DNA from: Marsupella aquatica
Taxonomy: Eukaryota > Plantae > Marchantiophyta
Direction of reading: 5' to 3'
NCBI GenBank assembly: GCA_973895155.1
Contig: OZ316891.1
Location: forward strand, 26,715,972 to 26,779,971
DNA: 64,000 nt
In this document: positions 51,186 through 62,334 of the stretch, piece after piece
Layout of the letters: each line of letters starts with the position of its first letter
Position numbering within the stretch: position 1 is the first letter of the stretch
Program-made: the position numbers and the translations under genes
Notes under the pieces: generated by a model
The model's input: only the letters and a program-made list of their open reading frames with translations
Database searches by the model: none
Told to the model about the DNA's origin: nothing

Positions 51186-51596
51186 TCTACAACTATAATA
51201 AGTGATCCTGCCTTTTTTTGTCCTTCATCCCATTATGAAATCTAGAACCGGCGGGAATCACTGGCCGTTAGATATTTTAGAGGACTTTTGTATTCGTTTG
51301 ATTAGCACTTGCCCTCTTTGGCGAGACCTCACACGCTCGTTCCTTCATTATGGACCCCCCCTTGCGATATATGTATATGGGCATCAATGCTCGCGATGCC
51401 TCGCCGACCCTCACAATGCCTCGCCCTGATGCCCTCCCCTTGGTCCACGCCCTACCTCGTCCTGATGCCCTCGCCCAGACACCCTGCCTCGCCCTCCCGT
51501 TGGTTCTGGTGTGCTCGCCCCTGCCTCTTGCCCGTCGGCCCGACTCCCTATGGGCCGGCCCTCATTGCGTCGTGCAACGAACGGGCATAGGGCTCG
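51186..51596 (+). mobile_element. Non-autonomous Helitron (about 411 bp)
   Basis: 5' end A|TCTACAACTATAATAA. 3' end CGTGCAACGAACGGGCATAGGGCTCG|T, a degenerate hairpin plus a CTAG-like end, consistent with insertion between A and T. Internal TGCCTCGCCC-like repeats. Confidence 0.6.
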
Positions 51597-52592
51597 TATA
51601 TACATATTATGGGAATGTACCAAGGTAAGCTTCCTACAAGGTCAAAGGATGAGGGGACACCCAAAGGCAAGAGAGATGATTCGGGAGATGATTTAGGACA
51701 ATGGGGGTCATTTGAAACCCCTAGTGGAGAATCAGGAGGCATGCTTATTCATATACTGAAGACTTGCCTCATGTGCACAAATTTTCATTCCGTCTCCATT
51801 TCAGAATGTAATTGGTTATTTTATCACGGGCATAGTGAAAAGATATATATTTCATCTTAATGAAGTAAATTATTACAGGTCCAGTTACATACCTTTGTAT
51901 ATCTAGAAATTCTGTGAAAATTTCACATCATCAATCAAAATTGGGACCATTGGATATTTCAAAAACTTAGAATCCTCCTTTTTCACATGCCTTTTACATT
52001 CGTGTGACCTTCCAGCTGAAAAGCTCTCCTGGCATACTTGGATGTTATACCCTTATCACATAGAAGATACGTAATTTTTTAAAGGCAAGGCATGATACAT
52101 CTTTTCAAGACATTAGGGAATCTACTTTGGAGCTGTATAGTTGTCAATACATGAGAGGGGAAGGGATCCCAGTTTTTTCCGGGGTTTTTTCCAAAGATGG
52201 GAATCCCTTTTTCACACAATGGTTGGGGTAGTTGTGTGTTGTACGGATGAAATAGAGGGAGACGCTGATCCGACTGCACTTAAAACCGCCACCAGCCAAA
52301 AAGGGAGGAAGTGTCCAAGTCTTCTCCTCTGTCTTCTCCCTTTTTCACTTTCCTCTCATTCTTCTCCTCTTCCATATTGCTCCACAAATTCAGGAAAATA
52401 TTTTATTTATGGTGAAACCTGGTGTAACTAGGTTTGTCATGGCTAGTGGTGGTTTAAAACTCGGGCGACCACATCTCAGGGTCATTTGATGTCCGTTTTA
52501 CAAACCATTTTTGCGTTTGCGATCAGGAAGACCAAGGCTATCCAAATATTTTATGAGAAATGAACTTTGAGAAATTTTTGCACAACAATTGG

Positions 52593-52941
52593 TGTTGAGC
52601 GTAGACGACAATCAATGGTAAGCACATGACACATTCAACGATCAAGTAGTCGACACAAAGAGATACGTACGCGCGTGGTCACCTCCACATGAGGCTACGT
52701 CCACGGGAACACACAAGAGTTTTACTGCACTCTAGGCTGACAGGTCATACCAAACTTCCACAACACAAACTCTCCCTATATCTCAACTGGCTCCATAACA
52801 ATGAGCCTAAGTTCCACTTATCCAAGCAAACACCGTTTGGCATATAATGTGCATCCTAGTTAACCTAACCACATCTCTGAATAGGGTTAGCCTAACTATG
52901 GTTACATGTTGTAACCCTAGACCTTGTGTAAATACCTAACA
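52593..52941 (-). mobile_element. Solo LTR related to the copia element at 32809
   Basis: The reverse complement matches the LTR (CACCTCCACATGAGGCTACGTCCACGGGAAC..., TGTTGAGCGTAGACGACA, ending CCTAACA). No PBS or PPT is adjacent. The flanks match only 3/5 as a TSD (ACAGT vs CCAAT on the - strand). Confidence 0.88.
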
Positions 52942-55900
52942 ACTGTTGGGGCTCCCTCATTTTTTGGCAAATGGATGGTGGCAGTCAGGGGATTGAGGCC
53001 GGTGGACATGGCAGACTGGTTAGTTAGATTAAGATAAGTTGAGTAGGTAAGAAATTGTGCAGTCAAACGAGTCTTTGTTTAGCGAAGTGATAGTGTGCAC
53101 CGCGAAAGGCACTGACAATCTCCCTTAGGGATAGCATAGGTTGGTGACACATGTGTGTACCACATGTTTTACATTATGTAAGCATTGAGATGTAGCGGCA
53201 CCACCAGGGTGGTGGTGGCCAAACTGTGTGGTGTGCTTGGATGTTTTTCAGTATTTAGTGACAGGCCACGGTAGGTGCAAAGGGAACTCATTCTATGATT
53301 TGTGAAAGTTAGTGGAATCACACAAAGTAGCGATCGCATCCGGAGTAGATAGGTGGAAGAAGTAGCACTCTGCCCTAGGGAGGCAGGAGTTAGACAAACA
53401 ATCAAGAGATTGGGTTGTCTTTGCAGTGTGCAAAATTTTTGTATCAAGAGATATGAATTTGGTTTTACGGTTAAAACTTTATGTGGTTTTGTTCTTTTGT
53501 GATTGATATTTTGAGGTTTGGTTCCCCTACTTTTTGTTGCTAACAAATTTCACTACACAAACTTCAGAATTTCCACATAGTGGGTTGACTGTGTAGAAGA
53601 AGGGGGAGAATGGCTAGTGACAACATTCACCCATAGACTAGAAAGAGAGAGAGAATGTGTGGGATAACTGTGCGCAGGACTTCTCGCAGGACTTGATAAA
53701 AACTATGGGGTGGAGTAGTCAGTAGATTAAATCAAAATTTACATTTCTGCGAGCGGAAACAAATATACTCATTTCTATGCATGAAACAATCCAGACAGCG
53801 TCTCTTTACATTCCTGTAATACAATACAAATAATTATAGGGAAGGAAAAGACATTTATCAAGTAAATCTTTTGATAAGCATGTGATAGGTTTGATCTTGA
53901 GTCTAAACCCCAAGAGTGGATATTGGGAAAACTATGCTTGGGGAGACTTTCTTCCCCTATCTGTGCCCAGAAGGCAAAGCCTCAAATCAGGGAAACCCCC
54001 TCCCAAGCTAGGGAGGGAGATATAACTTTCAATGACAATAATAAGCCTATCCTTACACTGAAGTTTCCCTTCACGAGTCTTTTGGTGCAACTTTGAACCA
54101 AAGCTTTCAGAAAACTTTTGAGGTTGCACCAGCCTTAAAACACTTGACCTCTTTGAATATGTGTTGGAATTAGTTCAATTAAGGACCCCGGCCCTTGGTT
54201 ACCTGCTTGGTTATGTAAGCTTGATGTTATTCAACAACTTGGAGGGATGAAGACTTCCATATTGGTTTGACTATGGGGATGAGAAGGATTAAATGGAGGA
54301 TGGTGAATGAAGTGGGTGTTAAGGTAGTTATAACACTTTCAATTTCATTGCAGACAAAGAGGAGATGATTCATGGTACAAGTCCTTTGAGAACATTCCCT
54401 TGGTCCGGGCCCTTGGTACTAATATGTTCATGCAATTCATGTAACATTCCATACAATCCATGCAAAAATGTTATAGAAGTCCAAGGGTTTCTTACTTTCC
54501 TTTGGTATTCCTTTCTCCATAGTAACCAAAGTGTTTCTCACATGCCCTTGGTATTCCTCTGTCCATAGCAATCGAAGAGTTTCTTACATTACCATGGTAA
54601 TAAATGTTACATAAGCTGAAGAGTTTCTTTCTATTATGGTAATTTCAAATATTTACCAATTATATAAAAATTTGCTTGAATACACTGATATGTCAATCAC
54701 AACCCATCCAGAGGTTATTCTCTTTTACCCCTTTTCTACCCATGTCTGACTTTATTTATTTGAAGTGTTAGATTCCAATTTCCATTGTTTTTACAATTTA
54801 GGGGTCTATTTGTTTTTTTGTGTCTTGCCTCAAACACAAATAGTCATGTTTAGTTTTTGTCTGCTCGTGCTTCAGGGAATTTGGAAGGAGCTGGGGGTCT
54901 GTAACTATGACAAAGTCTACACCATAGTTATGTTAAACCACATATGATAACATTGAAAGACAATTGTCGAAAGGCTGCACAGAATCTTGAGTTCTAGAAT
55001 CTTTTGCCTCCTCGCTGCCATTGAGAATAATGCTCATGAGTGACAATCTAGAGATGAGAGAGCAAAATGCGCACCTCTGCGCAATTGACAATAATGTTCA
55101 TAACGAGCTTATACCTAGCGGAATCCTTGTTGGATTGCAGCTCCAGAACAACATGAATAGTTGACAATAGTGGAGTTCCATTCTTGAATAGAACCAATTG
55201 GGCCCAGTCATTATTTGGTCTGTTCATTCATTCATTCTCTCCTATGACAGAATCAATTTCCGCGAGGAGGAAATCTTCTTTGAATTGGTGTGTCCCAGCT
55301 GATAGTCTGATTCGCTTATGGTCGTGATGCCACTGAGTTCGTGACAGAAGATTTCAGACCTGGGAGCCAAATATCAAACACCGTTGGGCAAAATGAAATC
55401 AAATAATTGAGCAGGAAGATCGATCCATCATAGGCTCTCCCAAACTACGTTTATTAGGTTGAATCGATTTCATGAAGAGTCTCATGGCAATAACAGTTGG
55501 GCTCTGTTGAATATGAAATTAGTTGCACTAAAACACCACATTGTACTGATATATCAGGGACGAGACTGAATATTCTACTGACTGTTCTGTTTAGGGTCAG
55601 TTTGCTACTAAACTCACAGACAGCATTTGGTCATGGCTATCGTGGCCTGTTCACTTGCCAGCATCTGGGTTCCAAGACAGAAATGGTAAGAGAGGGATGA
55701 AGGGGAGCATAAAAATGAGATGACTGAAGGCCCAATTCATGCAAGACCTCGTAATTGGAAGGCTGGAGGGTGTACTAGCTCCGTTGGTCCATTCGGAAGA
55801 AACGGAATTAGCTAGCTCAAAACTGAAAAACGATCGGGGGAACTGCGAAGACCAAGATGCGTAAAACCCGCTTTGATGCAACAACTACTGCATCGGAGCG

Positions 55901-56782
55901 AGGTAGCCAGTCAAGATTTGATGTGCCACACCCCTACCTGCTACACTGCAATAGCTCGATATTGCAATGCAATGCAATGCAATGCAGCTTGAGAGCTCGA
56001 GAGTGGCAATTGAAAACTTACAGCAACTTCCAATTTTCCGAAAGTCATTCAATAATGCATTCAAATTCAGTGCGATTGATCCTTCAATGGTTCAATTTCT
56101 GCGTCGATCTTTAGTGACGCAACCTTCATTGCTTGCTCCAGTCCTCAACCATGGAAGTGTTGCTTCAGCTCGTCCCTTCCTCTGCTCCGTCCTTCTTGTC
56201 GGGCTTTTTGCTATGCCTGCAACTGCCCGCATTTGCCCGAACTACTTTTAATACAACAAGGACTAGCAGTGTGCTGCAGATCCCTAGAGGACGACGATCC
56301 CTGCAGAGATATCAACATTCAATTGACACGATTCCACACTTGCCGGAGGGAACGAGCGAGAGAAGTGAGAAAAGCACACTTCCGCCATGAACAAGCGAGA
56401 GAGGGGAACGAGAGACCTAAGGGCCATCTTGCATGTGAGAGTCCCCAAATTATCGACCCTTTAAGTGATCAGGTGGCACATTCCTACTCTTCGAGCCTTT
56501 CCTGCCTCACCCTCCTCTTGTGCCAGTCGGCAGCAATTCAGTTTTTTCAAGGACAAGGGCCGGAAATGTTCCGGCCCTTCACCGTCCTGACCTTTCAGAT
56601 TCACAAAGGACAAAAATACAGTGCTTACACCTGTCGTTCAAGTGTGCATCGATTATTTTGACGTGCGGCTTCTCCGCTACTGGTAGTCATAACCGGGGTC
56701 GTAACTCACCTGCTACTCCTCTACGCACCCTGCAAACTGGCCTGCCCTGCATATGACTTCCGTGAGTGCTCAAGAGGGCCCC

Positions 56783-56892
56783 GACACTCATCAGGTGCAC
56801 CGCTTGTCAATCACATTGCGGCTGTTCTGTCAAAAGTGACACTCATCAGGTGCACCGCTTGTCAATCACATTGCGGCTGTTCTGTCAAAAGT
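56783..56892. repeat. Perfect 55-bp tandem duplication inside the Harbinger element
   Basis: GACACTCATCAGGTGCACCGCTTGTCAATCACATTGCGGCTGTTCTGTCAAAAGT at 56783 and 56838. Confidence 0.92.
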
Positions 56893-58866
56893 ATTTCAGC
56901 TTTGATTTCAGCTTCACGAAGAATTGTGTATACTCGCTAAGTAAACATTCTACGTCACTTGACTGTGTATTCGTTTCACGTACATTGACAGCTTTGTCAT
57001 CTGCAAATTGGGAATCGGGCAATTGGCAATCAGACCACGTTGGAGCATCTCACCTTGCTGCACCGATTATACTCAGGTTCGTTCATACCCTCATGTTTGG
57101 CCCCTGATTGAACAGTCAGCTGATCAGTCTATTGATTTCTATCTCGTCCTGTAGTTCAGTACTCATGATAGGGGAAAATGACGATTGACCGGCAATAACG
57201 TTCCCTTGACTCGAAGGTTGCCTAGCTCTCTCACCGGACAGGAGAATGATTGATTGTGTTACAGTGAGGAGTCCACCTCCTTCAATAGTTCACTTCCATG
57301 ATTTCTACGCTGTCGAACCTTGCATACGTTCATATGCTTATCACTGACGCATCAATTTTGTTTGAGGGGTTGAATAAATAATGAAGATCATGGCGCAGTT
57401 TTGTCATCACCCATGAAAGCGACTCCATAGTTTCTGCTTAGCTCAGGGGAAATTCTCCTTCTACCTCGTCATAGATCCACCAGAAATCAATCTATAGCAT
57501 CACTGAGCTTTGTTGTAGGCTAAGCTGCATGATCTAATTTGAATTTCGTCTTGTATGTTAGATTCTCTGTAACCATGTTCTAGTAAACGCAGCTAAGGAT
57601 AGCCTGCTTTTGTACAGTGTTGAACATTTTTTCTCGTGTTTGAAGCCATTGAAGACTCCAGTCTCCATAGGTAGTGGACCTGCTATTTAGAGACGGTTTA
57701 ATTTTATTCAATGAAGTTTTATAATTCCACTATCTCCTCTATTGTTGTCGACTACTGAACCCTACTATAGATGTTAGCACATGATTGTAAAGTGATATAT
57801 GAACAAGACATCACGTATCCCAGTAGAATAAATAAAGAGATATTGACTTGATCTCTTTATATTGTAATCGATTGCATGTGATACAGTGGGTCCACCTCCT
57901 TCAATATTTGTTGCATGTGGGCTTTCTAGCTTTGCCTTGAAACCGAAAGCTTTCTAAACTGCTCACGATCTTGTAGCAGCTACATAAGATCCAAAAAAGT
58001 ACACAAAAATAGTCTCCCATGAGTACATAGAGACTAACTTTTGAGTGGATCGAGTACACAAGGATCTATTCCCTTTTCAGGTATCGTCACTTTGCAACTT
58101 TATTCCATTTTCAGGTCTCATCATTTTCCAACTTCATCACAGATTCTGGTTTTGTGCTCATGGTAAAAGCATGGTCCACCTCCGTCAACTAACTCGTTGC
58201 TAGCTTGCTTCATGGACAGGTGCTTCATTGAAAGGTGACATTTTTCATCAACAGTGAGCCCCCGAAACGTACAGTGGTTGCAAAGCATACAAGGTATGAG
58301 AGGCATATCGTTGTTGAATGTGAAGAATTTACTTTAAATGGAGTCGGATAGAATTGTTTGTTACATTTCTTGAGTCACGGTTTGCAACAGTTCATTTCTG
58401 GCTTCACCCGAACAACAACTTGACAAAGAAAATTGTCATACTTAAAGTGCAGGTTGAAACAAGCTTCTTCTTCTTTGCAGCGAGAACTAAGGTATACTTT
58501 CGTACCCATTATTACCTAAATGTACATTTCTTGTACGTACATACTTACTACCATCATATACACTACTTAATATTCAATACAACTCAGAACTTTAGGGTCT
58601 ACAAAGCTGTAACCTTTCTTTGCGTATTTACAAAGCCTAATCCTTATTTTCCCTCAACTTACTCCATTCATAGCATTTATTGCTTACACTTCGCTTGGTC
58701 TACATGAAAGGAGTGAGTTTATTTTTCAACTCTTGGAACATGCCGGAAAGTGTACCATATATCCCTACCTTGTTAAATTTTTTTATTTTTGTCTAGTGCC
58801 TATAAAGTAGACCTCCAAAGGGTGATTATTATTATTACAATTCCTTTCAGGGGCAGGGACTATTCC

Positions 58867-59445
58867 ATGGAGCCTGGCAGAGATGATTTGAAGAACCTTG
58901 CAGAGAAATATATGGGGAGGATGAAAAAGGCAAAGGAGTACTTGACTCACGCAGAGTCAATGTTTTTTGAAGAGCTTTGGCCTGCTTTTCAGATAGAGAT
59001 GTCTATTGCCAAAAACCTGGGTAGAGAGACCCAGATATTGAAGCATGAAATTGATAGGTTGAAAGTTGAAAACCAGCAGGTTCACAGTGACAACAAGGCA
59101 TTGGAAGACCTGCAATCTGAGGTTGTTCAGATACTGCAGAGGACAGGCCAGAAGCCCAGAGCAATCTCTATGGAGAATGTAGCCCCCGCAAAACTTGTGA
59201 TAGGAGCACGAGAACCCCTGGTCCCAATTTCCCCCAATCTATCAAAGATGATTTCACAGAGAATAGATCCAGGAAAGACACATGCGTTGAAGGGCAAAAG
59301 TCCTCTTCCACTAGTAGATTCTTTGGTGTGTAATGCTTATGTGTCAAATAGCACAGGACCATCAATTCATGAGCGTGGTGCTCATCCTGCAAAACCTAGG
59401 AAAAAACTTTGCTTGGATAGTGATTCTCTTGGCCTGGGGCCTTGA
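58867..59445 (+). CDS. Extra Harbinger-borne ORF, 192 aa coiled-coil protein of unknown function
   Basis: Open frame with a good ATG context (TCCATGG) just after a splice acceptor (TTCCTTTCAG, 58850). Heptad-rich N-terminal half and coding-like composition against AT-rich flanks. Confidence 0.65.
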   Translation: MEPGRDDLKNLAEKYMGRMKKAKEYLTHAESMFFEELWPAFQIEMSIAKNLGRETQILKHEIDRLKVENQQVHSDNKALEDLQSEVVQILQRTGQKPRAISMENVAPAKLVIGAREPLVPISPNLSKMISQRIDPGKTHALKGKSPLPLVDSLVCNAYVSNSTGPSIHERGAHPAKPRKKLCLDSDSLGLGP

Positions 59446-59641
59446 TTGTAGGACCAGATCCTTGTGAAAGGAACCTTAGAGGTAGATAGAAGGTCAAACT
59501 TATCAAACCTAGCTAGTTTTGGCAGTGTACTTTCTATACCATTATGATTCATTGTGAAAATAAATAAATAAATTTTTGCTTGATCATTTTGTGAACTTCT
59601 TGACAATGATATATATTTGCATTTTATCATGTCCTTTTCAG

Positions 59642-60816
59642 ATGATGAGCCAGAACCTGAGTGGCGTTGCAGGCCATAGTGCATCCTCACGACAATATGA
59701 GCCGTTGCGTGACTTGGATCTCAACAATGTAGCTACAGCCTGTCCCACTGATGCACCACGGCCTCAAGGAAAGAGTAAGTTGCCAGATTGGACCAACAAG
59801 GAGATGAAGGTTCTCATTGCAGCAAAGCGGAATGAATATCACAATGTTGTTATGGAAGGCTCAACACAGAAGAAGATGACCAGCAGCAAGTTGAAATGGA
59901 AAGCTGTGGCAAAGTTTATGGTGGATGAGGGATTTACTAATCCTATTCAAGATCCAAACTCTTGTAAGAAGAAGTGGCAGATCATTGAGAGCAAGTTCAA
60001 ATTGATTTATGATTATGAGAAGAAGGAGAAAACCGGGCAGATTTCTTACTTTGACATGGATGACAAACAGCGACGCAATGATCAATTCCCCACTAATTTC
60101 TCTGTTGACCTGTATGAGGAATTGCTAGAGTGGTATGCACGTATTCCTCGTGTTACTCCACCTACAAGGTTTTTATCTAACATTTCTACTATGGACCGGA
60201 ACCCAAGGCCAGATCCGTTCATCTTGTCATCAGAAAGTAAGAAGTTACTTACAAGTTCTTATCTCAATATTGTACTATCAAGTGCAAGTGGGTTTTTGTT
60301 TTTTAATTGATTTCTATTGTGCAAGTAGTTTGTTTGTATGTATCACACATTTTCATGCCCACTAATTTTTTTTGTCTCATTTTTTTTACTTTTCTATTTC
60401 TTTTATTTGCAGGTGATGATGTTGAGGTTGATGAACATAGGTCTGTACCTATGAGCCAAAATCACTGCTCACAACCAACACAAGAGAGTGCGGAACAGAA
60501 CATTGAGCATATTGGTGGAGTGAGAGAACCATCATCTCCTCAGGAGTTTTCTGGCCCGAGTAAGAGAGGTGTGAAGCGAAAGGCCTTCAAGTCTAGTAGT
60601 GACAAACAAGGCCATTTGAAAACCATGGCCAACAGTTGTGTGAAGATGGCATCTACGGCCAAGCGTGATAGTGAAATTCGAGAACGTGAGTGTGAAGTTC
60701 GAGAACGACAAGAGAGGGTTTTAACTGCAGCAATCATGACAACAGCCGAGCAGATGACACATTTGACTGACGTCCTTATGGAGAAGCTTGCTAGTTCTTC
60801 ACAACCTTCACAATAG
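59642..60816 (+). CDS. Harbinger Myb/SANT-like (trihelix) DNA-binding protein, 332 aa, 2 exons
   Basis: Exons 59642-60236 and 60413-60816 join in frame (999 nt). WTNKEMKVLI...KWKAVAKFM...CKKKWQII is the trihelix signature. Basic KRGVKRK patch and C-terminal coiled coil. Confidence 0.85.
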
Positions 60817-60995
60817 AGACTTAGCATTTGTTTAGTTTGTCTATAGAAGCAAGTACCTACATTTCCATCAAGTGTAGTACAATGGGCCTCACAACTACAT
60901 AAGACTACATGATGACACTTTCATGCACATTTCAATTGAAGTTTTTATTTGCCTTTTGCAATTGGAAAAACATAACTGATCACAGTCTATTATCT

Positions 60996-62334
60996 CTAGT
61001 AAGGGGCAGCACGACGTCTTTGTTGTTCCTGTTCCCACTCTCTCTGAGGGAGCAAATGGTTCATCATTGCAATACAATATCTACGTCCATTATTGTAAGT
61101 TTGATGTGCAGCAGGGGGACCTCCGGGTTCATAAGGGGGGTCTGGGTCTATCCCCCAAGCTGGGTCATAAGCATCTCCACGGTCAATACGGATGTTGTGA
61201 AGAATGCACGCACAAGTAATGTAATGCGGTAGTCGATAAGGAGCTGGCCGATATATTTTGCGTGAAATAAATCTCCAACTATTCTTTAACTGACCAAAAG
61301 CACGCTCCACACACATCCTGGTTGAGCTCAACATGTAGTTAAATTCCTTCTCCCGGTTATGCTCCATTGCAGAAGGAAAAGGATTTATCAACCACGGATA
61401 AGCAGGGTAGCCAGCATCGCCAATAACATACTCCCCTGTACGAAATCTTGTTGGTGATGTAAATGTTGGACCTGAGAGTTTTGTATGGTGTACCAAAACA
61501 TCGTTGCAAAATCCAGATACTTTTAGAAGTCGTGAGTCTTGAATGCTGCCAGGCCATCCTGCAAACATCCAAAAAACGAAGGCGACTATCACAAATACCT
61601 TGCATGGAAATGCTCTGACCATGCTTGTAGTCACGATAATCAATGGAATTCGTTCCAAGAGGTAACTCCACTTGAAAATGAGTCCCATCAATTGCACCAC
61701 AACAATTTGGGAATCCTTGCAGTTGGCGGAATTCTTCTTTCACCATTGCCATGGCCTCTCCTTGTGGCCAACTCAAATGTCTCCCCCTTGCTCGCACAAT
61801 TATAGCCTTCACAAATCGCCAAATGACTTCCGATATGCATGGGACAGAAACTCCAAACATCTCTGAAAGTGTCAACAACAAGCAACCACTGGAAAACCGA
61901 CGAAGGGCTATGGCAACCTGGCGCTCAACAGACAATGTCCTGTTTGTCAAATTGCGGAGGCCAGGCGGGGGATTTGTTGTCATGTCTTCTCTAACCAGGT
62001 CACAAATGTACATGAACGTTGCCGGTGACACCCGAAACAAATACTTGAAGCGAACAGGATCCTGCTCAATGACATGTGTGAGATACCAGCCACTCCACTC
62101 TCTTGACCTTGGCTCAATGTAATTCCCCGAAATATGATGATAATCTCTGCAAAACGCATGCTGAATAATCTGAAAGAGTCGAAGCAAGTTAGCAAAATGT
62201 GAACCATTGTCACATCTTTGTGGTGTCGAATTATTGGCAAGAAGAGTGTACAATTGTAGTTGCAACAAGAACAATTGCTGCAAAACAAGAATTGTGGACA
62301 ATATTATTTCCAATTCCTCGTTTGAAAGCACCAT
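60996..62334 (-). pseudogene. Harbinger DDE transposase (HARBI1/ALP1-like nuclease family) with a single frameshift
   Basis: Motifs FKYLFRVSPATF, LSVERQVAIALRRF, GFPNCCGAIDGTH, GWPGSIQDSR, GDAGYP and RMCVERAFGQLK. The frame breaks at about 61563-61566 (RFLDV|AGWPG), and adding 2 nt restores a 446-aa ORF. Confidence 0.9.

Noticed and set aside
53551-53620. Second CACTA terminus (CACTACACAAAC)
   Set aside because: No matching inverted end, TSD or subterminal repeats.
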